Positions 40,531 to 51,161 of a stretch of 64,000 nucleotides of DNA are shown here, piece after piece. The stretch covers positions 2,592,001 to 2,656,000 of the forward strand of contig OY782041.1 in the NCBI GenBank assembly GCA_963677595.1, read 5' to 3'. Position 1 is the first letter of the stretch. Each line of letters starts with the position of its first letter. The DNA is from Spirochaetia bacterium. Lineage in GTDB: Bacteria; Spirochaetota; Spirochaetia; CAKZLE01. The notes under the pieces are model-generated. The model saw only the letters and a list, made by a program, of their open reading frames with translations. It was not told where the DNA came from and searched no databases. The translations under genes were made by a program, and so were the position numbers.

Positions 40531-41394
40531 GTGAGACGTACCAAAACCCATGCACTGCATCCTATCACCTGGCAGAAGCTCCTGATCTGGGCCTTCCTCG
40601 TGATCATGACCATCTTCACCCTGACCCCCATCCTCTATATGTTCACTGCGTCGGCTATGCCGGCACGGGACATCATGAAGATGCCCTACCGGTGGGTACC
40701 CCGGGGGTTCGAGTATGAGAACTTCGCCAAGGCCATAGCCGGCAATGACGGGTCCTTCATCTTCCTGCGGAACATCCTCAACTCCCTCGTCGTAGCTCTG
40801 ACCTGTGCCGTGACGACTGTCCTGCTCTCGGCGATCACGGGATACGGACTGGCCAAGTTCAGGTTCAAGGGCAGGAACCTGCTCTTCATGCTGATCATGG
40901 CGACCATGATGATCCCCTTCGAGGCGATCATGATCCCCCTCTATATGGTGGTCACCAAGCTCGGGATCCAGAACTCCTATACGGGGCTGATCCTCCCGTT
41001 CCTCGTAAACGCCTTCGGGATCTTCATGATGAGGCAGTACCTGATCACCTTCCCCTCGGAGTTCCTCGATGCCGCACGGGTCGACGGGATGTCAGAACCG
41101 GGGATCTTCGCGAAGATCGTCTTTCCGAACTGCAAGCCCGCGATCGCCACGCTCGCGATCCTTGCCTTCAGGGCCCAGTGGGACAACCTGCTCTGGCCGC
41201 TTTTAGTGGCACAGAGCGAGAAGATGAAGACGGTCCCCCTCTATATCGTGAAGTTCACCACGGAGATGAATACCGATGAGGGAGCTATGATGGCTGTCGC
41301 CGCCATTGCGAGTATTCCCATGTTCGTGCTATTCTTCAGCCTGTCAAGCTACTTCATCAGCGGGACAGCAGTATACTCATCAAGAAAGGGTTAA
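40531..41394 (+). CDS. Carbohydrate ABC permease
   Basis: FLDAARVDG, WDNLLWPL; GTG start. Confidence 0.92.
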   Translation: MRRTKTHALHPITWQKLLIWAFLVIMTIFTLTPILYMFTASAMPARDIMKMPYRWVPRGFEYENFAKAIAGNDGSFIFLRNILNSLVVALTCAVTTVLLSAITGYGLAKFRFKGRNLLFMLIMATMMIPFEAIMIPLYMVVTKLGIQNSYTGLILPFLVNAFGIFMMRQYLITFPSEFLDAARVDGMSEPGIFAKIVFPNCKPAIATLAILAFRAQWDNLLWPLLVAQSEKMKTVPLYIVKFTTEMNTDEGAMMAVAAIASIPMFVLFFSLSSYFISGTAVYSSRKG

Positions 41395-41396
41395 CC

Positions 41397-41978
41397 ATGG
41401 CAAGACGACTCTGTATCTTCGATCTCGGGAACGTCGTACTCGACGAAGTGGATGTCACACCTGAGATCCTGAAGCGGATACCCGGTGCCTCGTCCCAGTT
41501 CCTCTCCCGCTATGGGCAGCATATGGAGGAACTGATGACCGGGGCCATGGGGCCAGACACGTTCTGGTCTCTCGTCAGCAAAGATTCCCAGGTCCCTATC
41601 GAATCGGACCTGCTCGCGGACTGCTTCAACCCGGTCCCGAACCGGGCAGTGATCGAGATCATCGATGAACTGCGTGAGACAGGCGTCCGCGTCGTCTGCG
41701 GGACCAACACCTATGAGAGCCATTATGAGCTGCTGCGGGAGAGTGAGCCGTTATCGCATTTCGATGAGAAGTACGCATCACACATCATGGCCTGTGCCAA
41801 GCCGGATCCTGCGTTCTATCTACAGATCATCGATGCTGAGGGGTTCTCACCGTCGGAGGCCTTCTTCACTGACGACCTGGAAGAGAATGTCGTGGCTGCC
41901 GCACGGTTGGGGATCTGTTCCCACAGGTTCACCGATGCCGTGAGTCTCAAAGAGAGCCTGAGGCGATTCCTCAGCTGA
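41397..41978 (+). CDS. HAD-family phosphatase (YihX-like)
   Basis: FDLGNV, TNT, KP, FTDD. Confidence 0.88.
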   Translation: MARRLCIFDLGNVVLDEVDVTPEILKRIPGASSQFLSRYGQHMEELMTGAMGPDTFWSLVSKDSQVPIESDLLADCFNPVPNRAVIEIIDELRETGVRVVCGTNTYESHYELLRESEPLSHFDEKYASHIMACAKPDPAFYLQIIDAEGFSPSEAFFTDDLEENVVAAARLGICSHRFTDAVSLKESLRRFLS

Positions 41979-42696
41979 CGGGGGTGTTCCCTGACCGATA
42001 GTCCCTCGGGGTGACCCCGGTATAGCGCTTGAAGAGCCTGCTGAAATAGCTGCCTGAGAGGAACCCGCACCGCCTGTAGATCTCGGAGACCTGGAGCGTG
42101 GTCTCCCTCAACAGCTTCATCGCCTCCCGTATCCTCCGGTTCTGGAGGTACTCCAAGACCGTATAGCCTGAGAACTCCTTGAACTGGTGGCTGAGATGGC
42201 TCTCTGAGAGCTGCAGGTGGGAAGCGACCTGGTAGATCGAGATATCTTCGTGGTAGTGCCCGTCGATATAGTCCATAGCTTGGCGTACGGTATGCTGCTG
42301 GACTGACGGTTCCTGTGGTGCGGGACCCGCCTGCTCATCAAGCTTCCTGCAGAGTTTCCTGACTGCGGCAAGCAGGTCCTCATGGTCTGCCGGCTTCATG
42401 AGGTAGTCATATACACCGAGCCTGATCGCCTGCTGGGCAAGCTCGAATTCCCCGTAGCCCGTGAGGATGATGGCGCTCCTCGGAGCTGCTCTCTCGATCA
42501 TCTGCAACCCGCTCTGTCCCGGCAGCCTGATGTCGGAAAGGACGACATCAGGATGGAGGGCGCGGATCAGGGATTCCCCGGAGATCCCGTCCGAAGCATC
42601 CCCGATGACCCTGCAGTCGATCGATTCCCAGTCGACTGCGATGAGCAGCTCCTGCCTGATGAGATCCTCATCTTCTATGATTACCACGGTATGCAT
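41971..42696 (-). CDS. Response regulator with AraC HTH (YesN-like)
   Basis: IEDE, SDIRLP, YLMKP; YFSRLFKRYTGVTP. Confidence 0.93.
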   Translation of the reverse strand: MHTVVIIEDEDLIRQELLIAVDWESIDCRVIGDASDGISGESLIRALHPDVVLSDIRLPGQSGLQMIERAAPRSAIILTGYGEFELAQQAIRLGVYDYLMKPADHEDLLAAVRKLCRKLDEQAGPAPQEPSVQQHTVRQAMDYIDGHYHEDISIYQVASHLQLSESHLSHQFKEFSGYTVLEYLQNRRIREAMKLLRETTLQVSEIYRRCGFLSGSYFSRLFKRYTGVTPRDYRSGNTPVS

Positions 42697-42698
42697 CG

Positions 42699-44396
42699 TT
42701 ATTCCCTGTAGGGGATCAGGATCCGGACCACGGTCCCGACCTGCTCCCTGCTTGTAATTGTTATGTCAGCCTCTCCCTGATAGAAGAGTTCAAGGCGTCT
42801 TCTCACATTCATGATCCCGATATGGTCCCCGTTCAGACCTGCCAGGGATGCTGTCTCGAAGCCTATGCCGTCATCGATGATGGAGACGGCTGCATAGCCC
42901 CTGAAGCGGTAGACATACACCCGGATGGACCAGGTCCCGAGTTTTGGTTCGAGTCCGTGGGTCACTGCATTCTCCACGAATGGCTGGATGATGAGTTTCG
43001 GGGTGATGAACCCCGAGAGTGCAGGATCCGCCGTGATCCGGAAGTGAAGCCGCTCGGGGAACCTGACCTGGACGATCGTCAGGTAGCTCCCAACCAGTTC
43101 CAGGCTCCTGGACAGGGGGAGGGTGTCAGAGCTGCTGCTGATGGAGCTGCGCAGGAGCTTCCCCAGGGCTGAGGAGATCTGAAGGATCTGCTTCTCCCCA
43201 TGAAGTGAGGCCAGGGATCGTATGGTGTTGAGGGTATTGTAGAGGAAGTGGGGATCTATCTGGGCCTGAAGGGCCTTCCTCTCAGCTTCCCGCAGCTGCT
43301 GTTCCTCTTCCTTCGTCAGGTCGATCAGCTCCCGTATCTGGGAGACCATGGCATTGAACCCCTCGGTGAGGGTCCTGATCTCCTCACTCTTCGCCGGGAT
43401 CGTGACTGAGGTATCGAGTTCCCCCTGTTCGACCTGCTTCATGGCCCTCACCAGTGAGCTGATGGGTCTCGTGATATGGTTCGAGGAGATATAGGCAAGC
43501 AGCAGGGCTGCAATGATGCTGATCCCTATGATCACCATGCTCAGCAGCGATATCCTGTCGAGGACATCGGTATAGGCCGAGATCTCGATCGTCCCCGCCA
43601 CTGCCAGGTTCGTACCGGGAATCCGGGCCTGGGCGATGATATGGTCAGGGGAGATCCTTACGGATTCAAAGGAGGAGGGCGAAGCTTCCTCGATCAGGGC
43701 GGGGAAGAGGCTGTAGTCTCCGTGCAGGTCTGTCTGCAGGAGGGAGGACGCGGAGAGGGTCTCCATATCGATGAGGATGATGTCGCTGAAGATCGGTTCC
43801 TCACAGAGATCTGAGAGGGTTGAGGAGAAGATATCGATGATGGCATACCCGATGGTACGGTCGGAAGCGTTCCGTACAGCCCGGACCATATTGAGCATGA
43901 TGATGTCATTCCTGTTGTTGGCGTACCGCTCGTTCAGCAGCAGCACTGGTTCTGAGTCAAGCCTGTCAAGCACTGCCGCGATACTCTCGTCATTGCTGTG
44001 GTAGCGGATATCGTAGATGGAGGGGAACTCATGGGTGGAGAACTGCCTTCTCCCGTCGATGCTGACCAGGTGGGCTGACGCATCATAGATCGTGCCCCTC
44101 ATCGTCAGGTAGAGCTGCTGATAGAGCTCCCTGGAGGTATAGGTCCCGGAGTTGGTCAGGACATCATGGATGACCTCATTGCCCGCGATCTCGTAACTAC
44201 GGTGTCGGTAGTCCTCCAGACAGGTGCCGAATCTGGAGATGATCCCGGAAAGCGCAGCATCAGCCTGGGAGGAGAGGTGTTCGTTCACCGTCCGTGAGAC
44301 CGAGGTGTAGTAGAAGAGTGTGAGGAAGAGCACGGGCAGCAGCGCAATGAGGAGGAAATAGGCCATGAGTCTTCGTGTGAGTGATCTTCGGGACAT
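42699..44396 (-). CDS. Sensor histidine kinase (YesM-like)
   Basis: HAMP; LQAQIDPHFLYNTL; QPFVENAVTHG; DDGIG. Confidence 0.93.
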   Translation of the reverse strand: MSRRSLTRRLMAYFLLIALLPVLFLTLFYYTSVSRTVNEHLSSQADAALSGIISRFGTCLEDYRHRSYEIAGNEVIHDVLTNSGTYTSRELYQQLYLTMRGTIYDASAHLVSIDGRRQFSTHEFPSIYDIRYHSNDESIAAVLDRLDSEPVLLLNERYANNRNDIIMLNMVRAVRNASDRTIGYAIIDIFSSTLSDLCEEPIFSDIILIDMETLSASSLLQTDLHGDYSLFPALIEEASPSSFESVRISPDHIIAQARIPGTNLAVAGTIEISAYTDVLDRISLLSMVIIGISIIAALLLAYISSNHITRPISSLVRAMKQVEQGELDTSVTIPAKSEEIRTLTEGFNAMVSQIRELIDLTKEEEQQLREAERKALQAQIDPHFLYNTLNTIRSLASLHGEKQILQISSALGKLLRSSISSSSDTLPLSRSLELVGSYLTIVQVRFPERLHFRITADPALSGFITPKLIIQPFVENAVTHGLEPKLGTWSIRVYVYRFRGYAAVSIIDDGIGFETASLAGLNGDHIGIMNVRRRLELFYQGEADITITSREQVGTVVRILIPYRE

Positions 44397-44512
44397 AGCT
44401 TGTATAGTACCATAGGAGAGAGGAGTTTTGTACAGGAATCTTTACATAGTATTCAGGACGATCACCATGAGACCCCGATGGGGAGAGACGGGGTCTCTAG
44501 TACTGCGGGAGC

Positions 44513-45262
44513 TTATCGCAGGTCAGCTCCGTTGATCTGCTTGACGATCAAGGGGTTTGTGAGGGCCATTCCGATATCGAGGCCGACATAGACATAGACT
44601 CCGCTTGAGAACAGCGAGGCATCAGACAGGGGAAGATCTATGACGCCTAACGAAGTCTCTCCCAGATAAACAGATGCCTGCCAATTGCTCCCCGAATGGG
44701 AGACTTTCAGGATGAGGTCCTTGCCGTCATAGTTCGTCTCTCCTCCAGAAACCCAGACCTGCGGTGGTGTGTTCCAGTTCGGTCCACCCAGGTCTCCCGG
44801 TGTCATCTCCATGGCATAAATCCCGGCTGGTTTCAGTTCGAACATGACCCCGTCAGCAAATGCCGGGTCTACACCGGTACCGCCTTCGCTCTCAGAAAAG
44901 AAGACAGAAAGCCTTTCTCCATCATCAAGCGTGTTCTCATACGCATCCCAGTTGATCGTCACCGAAAGGGAAATGTCGTTGTCAAGTTCATAGGGCTCCG
45001 GGGATCTTGCTGAGTTCATGAAACCCACTGAATTCCCAGTCAGGCTGATTGAATCATAGGAGCCTGTATCAGTGATGACCATGGGGGAGTTATTGGGCTG
45101 GACCATCTCCTTGAAGAATGCATCCTCACTGCTTGGGGTGGAATCCTCGGGGGTATTGTCATCAGGCGGATCGAATCCGAAGAACGGACAACTGATAAAG
45201 AATAATGATGCGGCACATACAAGCAGGACAGCATACGAAACGGAACACTTACTTCTTTTCAT
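44513..45262 (-). CDS. Hypothetical lipoprotein
   Basis: MKRSK...LFFISC spirochaete-style lipobox; RBS AGAGGAG. Confidence 0.65.
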   Translation of the reverse strand: MKRSKCSVSYAVLLVCAASLFFISCPFFGFDPPDDNTPEDSTPSSEDAFFKEMVQPNNSPMVITDTGSYDSISLTGNSVGFMNSARSPEPYELDNDISLSVTINWDAYENTLDDGERLSVFFSESEGGTGVDPAFADGVMFELKPAGIYAMEMTPGDLGGPNWNTPPQVWVSGGETNYDGKDLILKVSHSGSNWQASVYLGETSLGVIDLPLSDASLFSSGVYVYVGLDIGMALTNPLIVKQINGADLR

Positions 45263-45591
45263 CGTACTTGTCTCCTCTATGCTTATACACCATGATATTC
45301 CCCGGGAGACGGTAACACAAGATTTCAGGGTGGAATAAAATGATATACGCCAAGCACAGACCATATGTGCACTGCTTGGTTTGGTGGTTGGCGAGAAGGA
45401 AACGTATTCTACCCCATAGCTGAACGGAAAGGATTCCATCGTTACATCCTTTCCAAATATGATTAATTTACTATATTTTTACAGTAGGAGGATAATCCGG
45501 TATTGCGTAACCTAGCATGATTCTGCATGATGATGTGAATCATAGAAAGTACATATCTATCTCAGATCGCTATGAAATTGGATAATGCTAT

Positions 45592-46053
45592 ATGAATGTG
45601 AAATATATATTTACGGGCTTTCACGAGCAGAAGCGCATACAGGTTCCCAGGGCGATCATATCGAGCCTGCTGGCTGCTCTGGTTGATTACGGTGTGATGG
45701 TCGTCCTAGTCGAGGTGTTCGAGGTCGCCCCGCTCACAGCTGGTACTGCCGGTATGATCGCTGGCCTGGTCAGCATCTACTTTGCCGGAAGGTTCTGGAT
45801 CTATCCACAGGTAACAGGGGCAAAGGCCGCAGGGATCGAGATCCTCTGGTTCATCCTTCTCTCCCTCATCGGAGCCGGGATCCATACGGTAGTCCTGGCC
45901 TTCGGTCTCGATACCTTACACATACACTATCTTATCGCAAAGTCTCTCGCCGCGACCCTCATGTTTTGCTGGAACTTCTTCAGCCGCAGGGCTGCGAATC
46001 GAATGATCAGGAACAGGCAGAAGCTTCAGGAGGTGCAGGATGCAGAACACTGA
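45592..46053 (+). CDS. GtrA-family membrane protein
   Basis: Four TM helices; ALVDY...AK...WNF. Confidence 0.85.
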   Translation: MNVKYIFTGFHEQKRIQVPRAIISSLLAALVDYGVMVVLVEVFEVAPLTAGTAGMIAGLVSIYFAGRFWIYPQVTGAKAAGIEILWFILLSLIGAGIHTVVLAFGLDTLHIHYLIAKSLAATLMFCWNFFSRRAANRMIRNRQKLQEVQDAEH

Positions 46054-47122
46054 GATCATCTTCCCACGGAACAGACTCAGAAGGAAGTTCAGCCGAGTAC
46101 TGCTTCGTACCCTGCTGCCGCTGGTCTTCCGGGTACGGATCACCGGGCTTGAGAACCTCAAGAACTGCGGGCCAGCCCTCCTGGCAGGCAATCACAGCGG
46201 ATTCCTCGAGATTCTCCTCATGATCGCCTACGGGCCGAAGTATATCGAGTTCATCGGCTCCGGGGATGTCCCGATGGACCCGAGCTATCGCCGACTTACC
46301 GAGTTCTACAGCTTCATCCCCGTGAATCGGGGGAATGTCGACCGGGCAGCCTTCAGGAACTCAGTCGATGTTCTCAAGCAGGGCGGCTACCTCGGGATCT
46401 TCCCTGAGGGAGGGATCTGGGAGGCGGAACAGGGTACCGCCCAGAAGGGTGTTTCTTGGATCGCCATGCAGGCCCAGGTCCCGGTCATCCCGGTGGGTGT
46501 CGGGGGACTCCAGCATGTCGGGGAGAGCCTCAAGCGATTCAAGAGGCCGCTGCTGACCGTAGGTGTCGGGGAACCGATACCGCCTGTCAGGAGCGACATC
46601 CGGACCGGGCGGAAAGAGGCGATGCAGATCCATGCAGAGAGTGTCATGAACGCGATCATGGAAGCGATCCCTGATGATCTCCGGGCCGTCATGAAGCGGC
46701 CGGTCTATGAATGCTTCAGTCTTGAGCTGAAGACCACTGATGGTACCGACCTGAGTGACGGGATACCTCATGGGGACGCCCTTGCACACCTGATGTTCAA
46801 GCCGGTCCTGATCCGGACCTTCAGGGTGAACCTCGGGCTTGATGTCCATGCTCTGGAACAGCTCGAGAAGAGACCGTCGGGGAGAGAGTTCGCGACAGCA
46901 GCTGATGCAGTCCTCTCCTACCTGAAGGTGAATCCCCATTTCTTCATCTACCGGTTCGGTGCGGAGACAGGCAACAGGATCAGGGATGCCTTTACTGGCC
47001 TTTCCGCACTGGGGCATGCCCATGCTGATGAACCCCTTGATCTGAGCCTGACGAGGATCTGGATGCCTGCAGACCGCAGCGGGGAACGGACCGTTACCAT
47101 CCCTTCAGCTTCAGATAGTTGA
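46040..47122 (+). CDS. Lysophospholipid acyltransferase (PlsC-like) with C-terminal extension
   Basis: NHSG, IFPEG, VPVIPVGV. Confidence 0.85.
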   Translation: MQNTEIIFPRNRLRRKFSRVLLRTLLPLVFRVRITGLENLKNCGPALLAGNHSGFLEILLMIAYGPKYIEFIGSGDVPMDPSYRRLTEFYSFIPVNRGNVDRAAFRNSVDVLKQGGYLGIFPEGGIWEAEQGTAQKGVSWIAMQAQVPVIPVGVGGLQHVGESLKRFKRPLLTVGVGEPIPPVRSDIRTGRKEAMQIHAESVMNAIMEAIPDDLRAVMKRPVYECFSLELKTTDGTDLSDGIPHGDALAHLMFKPVLIRTFRVNLGLDVHALEQLEKRPSGREFATAADAVLSYLKVNPHFFIYRFGAETGNRIRDAFTGLSALGHAHADEPLDLSLTRIWMPADRSGERTVTIPSASDS

Positions 47123-47210
47123 AAGATGCATCACTCCGGTTAGGTCGGGTGAACCCTCTTCCCTCCAGCATACCTCATAGCGTCTCATGGTTGCAGCAGC
47201 CTGCTTCCCC

Positions 47211-47936
47211 TCATGATAAGAGCCCCTGGTAATACTGCTCCGTCCGGTCCTGCGCCAGTTTGTTCAACAGGAGCAGCAGACGGAGGATACCCGCCATGGC
47301 AGCGAGTATGAGAACCGAGGCTGCAGCTACCATGAGCCAGCTACCCATGACATCGGGATGGAGGAATCCGTAGATATAAGTGCCTGTAAGCAGTGAGTGA
47401 CCTAGGTGGAAGACGAAGTAGAGCAGGGGGTAGGCAAGCACGGCGAGTGCTCTCCTGAACGGTATGTCTCTCATATCATGCAGGGCCAGGTAGTCGATGA
47501 GGATCAGCAGCGGGATGGTGTAGTGGGCTATCCCCGATATATGAAGACTGTAGAAGTGGATGAGCGGGGAGATCTTCCCGGCTATCAGCAGTGAGTAGAG
47601 GGTGCTCGTGAAGTACTCATCGAGCAGCAGGGAGAAGACGATGCCGGTGACCTGCATGTAGAGCGTCACGGCAAGAGGTATGAGCTTCTTACCGCGGATG
47701 CACCCGGCAGAGGAGAAGACCCAGTAGAGACCGCAGAGAATATTGCTCTGGACGGTGAAGTAGAAGATCGCCGGGATCTCCGTGCTCCAGGTGAAGATGA
47801 TCCTGGCAGCGACATTGATGAGGGTGAGAATTCCCAGCACCAGCCGGATGATGGTCTTCACCCGCTGACTGATGAAACGCTCTCGCAGGACAACTCCTTC
47901 CATACTACAGGCCTCCGTATGAATCTTGCTCACCAT
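47211..47936 (-). CDS. Pr6Pr-family membrane protein
   Basis: YFTVQSN, H..IP...D, YPLLY, YIYGFL. Confidence 0.8.
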   Translation of the reverse strand: MVSKIHTEACSMEGVVLRERFISQRVKTIIRLVLGILTLINVAARIIFTWSTEIPAIFYFTVQSNILCGLYWVFSSAGCIRGKKLIPLAVTLYMQVTGIVFSLLLDEYFTSTLYSLLIAGKISPLIHFYSLHISGIAHYTIPLLILIDYLALHDMRDIPFRRALAVLAYPLLYFVFHLGHSLLTGTYIYGFLHPDVMGSWLMVAAASVLILAAMAGILRLLLLLNKLAQDRTEQYYQGLLS

Positions 47937-48028
47937 TAGAGTGTATCAAAGAAGGCGAAGGTGTGGAAGGCCCGTCCCCGGTCATGTGGTCTCTTGACTA
48001 TTGTCACCAAGTAGCCAATGATGCAGCT

Positions 48029-49561
48029 ATGGGATACCGAGAGTACGATGTGCGGCTCCCGTCCGATTACACCGACGGGGAGCTGAAGGCAGCCCTGCAG
48101 AAGAAGAGCAGGCTGAAGGATTTCACCTATGCGATCACGCGGAAGAGCCTCGATGCACGGAAGAAGCACGATATCTGCTGGCAGGTGCGTGCGGCTGTCT
48201 TCAGTCCTGCATACCCCGACCAGCAGGAAGCATTCCCGGTCCTTGAGATCCCCAGGCTCACGACTGATCAGTCGGCTCTGGTCGTCGGCAGCGGTCCGGC
48301 AGGCTTCTTCGCAGCCCTGACCCTCCAGAAGGCAGGGTTCGATGTCACCCTCATCGAACGGGGCTGTGATGTCGAAGAACGGTCTGCAGGCATCTCCGAT
48401 TTCGAGGCAGGCGGGAGTTTCCACCCCGATGCGAACTACGCCTTCGGGGAGGGCGGGGCCGGCACCTTCAGCGACGGGAAGCTCACCAGCAGGTCCAAAC
48501 ATATCAAGCCGGAGCGGCAGTTCATCCTCGAGACCTATATCTCAGCAGGGGCTCCGGAGGAGATCCGCTACCTTGCCCATCCCCACCTCGGGACGGACAA
48601 CCTGAAGGTCATCGTCAGGAACCTGCGGGAACAGTTCACAGTCCTCGGCGGCACCATCCTCTTCAAGACGATGCTCGACGATATCACGGTACGGGACGGA
48701 GGGGTCACATTAGTCTCAACCTCAGCCGGCGTGATGGAGCCCGACCATCTCATCATCGCCCCAGGCCACTCCTCCTATGAGACCTACCGAATGCTTATAC
48801 GCAGAGGGGTCCCGTTCAGGAACAAGAACTTCGCCATCGGCTCACGGGTGGAGCATCCGCAGGAGCTGATCAACCTTGCCCAGTGGGGAGTTCCCTCGAT
48901 CAGGGGAGTCAAGGCCGCTGAGTACCGGCTCACCTCACAGGCAGATGAGCATCATCCAGTCTATACCTTCTGCATGTGCCCGGGCGGTACGGTCGTACCC
49001 GCGACCGCCTATGCCGGGCAGAACATCGTCAACGGGATGAGCCGCTACCGAAGGAACGGCAGGTTCGCCAATGCAGCCTGCGTGGCAGGACTGCAGATCG
49101 AAGAACTCCTCGGGCGGGAAGTCTCCCCGCTCGAAGCCCTTGACTGGCTAGAGCAGCTGGAGGCTTCAGCCTTCGAGGCGACAGGGTACCGTGCCCCCGC
49201 AGTATCGATCAGGGACTTCCTCTCGGGCAACCCTATCGGCAACCTGCCGGACAGCAGCTATCCCCTCGGGCTGCAGGAGTATCCCCTCTGGGAACTGCTT
49301 CCCGGGACCATCGTCCAGGCTATGAGGACCGGGCTGAAGGACTTTTCCAGGAAACTCAAGGGCTATGACCGGGGGTTGATCCTCGGGCTCGAGACCAAGA
49401 CCAGCGGACCGGTCCAGGTACTAAGGGAGCAGGACGGGCGGGTTTCCGGGTTCTCCAACCTCTACCTCATCGGGGAGGGCAGCGGGTATGCCGGCGGGAT
49501 CATCTCGAGTGCGGCGGATGGGGTCAAGGCTGTTATGGCTATAGCGTACGGTCAGCAGTAG
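48029..49561 (+). CDS. FAD-dependent oxidoreductase (uncharacterised family)
   Basis: VVGSGPAG, FGEGGAGTFSDGKL, FCMCPGG, GEGSGYAGGI. Confidence 0.9.
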   Translation: MGYREYDVRLPSDYTDGELKAALQKKSRLKDFTYAITRKSLDARKKHDICWQVRAAVFSPAYPDQQEAFPVLEIPRLTTDQSALVVGSGPAGFFAALTLQKAGFDVTLIERGCDVEERSAGISDFEAGGSFHPDANYAFGEGGAGTFSDGKLTSRSKHIKPERQFILETYISAGAPEEIRYLAHPHLGTDNLKVIVRNLREQFTVLGGTILFKTMLDDITVRDGGVTLVSTSAGVMEPDHLIIAPGHSSYETYRMLIRRGVPFRNKNFAIGSRVEHPQELINLAQWGVPSIRGVKAAEYRLTSQADEHHPVYTFCMCPGGTVVPATAYAGQNIVNGMSRYRRNGRFANAACVAGLQIEELLGREVSPLEALDWLEQLEASAFEATGYRAPAVSIRDFLSGNPIGNLPDSSYPLGLQEYPLWELLPGTIVQAMRTGLKDFSRKLKGYDRGLILGLETKTSGPVQVLREQDGRVSGFSNLYLIGEGSGYAGGIISSAADGVKAVMAIAYGQQ

Positions 49562-50349
49562 AGATCTTTTCGCCTGATCCCCAGGAGGGAGATGAGGAGG
49601 AAGCATACGATCAGGCAGGCAGTCATGATGATGCCGTACAGCCCGATCGGGTCACCCCGCATGATCGAGACTGAAGAGAAGAACTCGAACGGAGTCACGT
49701 ACGTGAGGAAACTGAGGGATTCATCCAGGTTGATCAGGAACGTGAGGACATAGAGGGCCATGGTGATCCCCGCACCGATCATCCCTGTCCTCTTGTGGTT
49801 CGTCGATAGGGTGGAGATGAGGAATCCGCCGGAGAGGAAGAGCAGCTGTACGGTGAACATGGAGAGGAAGAAGACCGGCAGGCGGGTGAAGAACGCGGGA
49901 TCCGGATCGAACCTCATGAACGTCAGCAGCGATGCGGCATAGAGGACAGATGAGAAGAGAACACAATCGATGATGGCTGCATACAGCTTCATCCGGGTGA
50001 TACGGGACCTTGAGACCGGCATGGTGAAGAGGATCTCAGAGGTCCTCTTTCGAAGTTCTTTCGAGATGATGTTCGTCCCTGCCAGTACCGCATAGATAGC
50101 CCCAAGCATCATGAGGTACTCTCCCATATAGCTGAAATAGCCTCCCGCTGTGTTGAAACTGATCAGGTCGAACGAAAGAGCCTTGTACATGGATTCAGGG
50201 AACATCTTCATGAGGGATCCCATGTCGAATGCCATGTTCTGGAGGCTCACGAGCTCAGTACTCGCCCCGCTGACAAGCAGGATGATCCCGGCACACCAGA
50301 TCACCAGTCCTTTCAGGCTTCTGCGCAGTTCGTGCAAGATGATATTCAT
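49552..50349 (-). CDS. ABC-2 type permease
   Basis: EILFTMPVSR, TPF. Confidence 0.88.
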   Translation of the reverse strand: MNIILHELRRSLKGLVIWCAGIILLVSGASTELVSLQNMAFDMGSLMKMFPESMYKALSFDLISFNTAGGYFSYMGEYLMMLGAIYAVLAGTNIISKELRKRTSEILFTMPVSRSRITRMKLYAAIIDCVLFSSVLYAASLLTFMRFDPDPAFFTRLPVFFLSMFTVQLLFLSGGFLISTLSTNHKRTGMIGAGITMALYVLTFLINLDESLSFLTYVTPFEFFSSVSIMRGDPIGLYGIIMTACLIVCFLLISLLGIRRKDLYC

Positions 50350-50361
50350 TCTGCCCTCCCT

Positions 50362-51156
50362 TTAGACCGATGACGTGATATCACGCTGTCCGTACAGCAG
50401 GTAACTGCTCAGAATACAGGCACCTGTAACGGCCAGACTGATGATGAGGCCATACGATTTCATGCTCCCGTGTTCCGCGATATAGGTGAATTCCACATAA
50501 CCGAACGGCACGAAGTAGCGGAGGACCGTGTCGTCCATGATGATGTTGAAGGTATTCAGGACATAACAGCCCAGCGTGATCCCCAATGAGATCGGAAGAG
50601 GTGAATCCAGCTGCCTCAATAGCATGGAGATCACCAGTCCGATAGAGAAGAAGAGTACTCCCATGAGTAACACACCACCGATCATCAACCAGTAGGATGG
50701 GACGTCAAAGGTCTTCCCCTCTGTGAATATCCTGATGAACAGGAGGTCGGTCCCTGCGATGACCAGGGAGAAGAGGATGATCAGGAACAGGTCCGCTAGG
50801 ATCTTCATCGTGAGGACCCGGGTCCTGGTCACTGGTTTCGTCAACAGGTGATCGGCAGTCCCGTCTGCCTCCTCGGGAAGGACTGCCCTGAGCCCGAGGT
50901 TTGTCGCAAAGATGGCGCAGAAGAGCGTCAGGTACGGACCGAGCATGGCAAGATACCCCAGGACCGTTGTGAAATCGGTATCCATGCCGAGAGCCTGAAG
51001 ATATGCCTTCGGAAAATCCGAGATTACCTGTACCAGTGCATCACTGCTGAGCGCATCGAACATGGAGAAATAGACACCTGAGAACAGCACGATCGCTGCG
51101 AGCCAGATCAGCAGAGAGCCGATCCTCTGTCTCAGTTCGAGTAGGAATATCTGCAT
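50362..51156 (-). CDS. ABC-2 type permease
   Basis: EEADGTADHLLTKPVTR. Confidence 0.88.
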   Translation of the reverse strand: MQIFLLELRQRIGSLLIWLAAIVLFSGVYFSMFDALSSDALVQVISDFPKAYLQALGMDTDFTTVLGYLAMLGPYLTLFCAIFATNLGLRAVLPEEADGTADHLLTKPVTRTRVLTMKILADLFLIILFSLVIAGTDLLFIRIFTEGKTFDVPSYWLMIGGVLLMGVLFFSIGLVISMLLRQLDSPLPISLGITLGCYVLNTFNIIMDDTVLRYFVPFGYVEFTYIAEHGSMKSYGLIISLAVTGACILSSYLLYGQRDITSSV

Positions 51157-51161
51157 ATGGG

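Noticed and set aside
45263-45439. N-terminal extension of the lipoprotein
   Set aside because: An RBS-like sequence precedes 45439, but the signal peptide and a second RBS fit 45262 and the extension is unrecognisable
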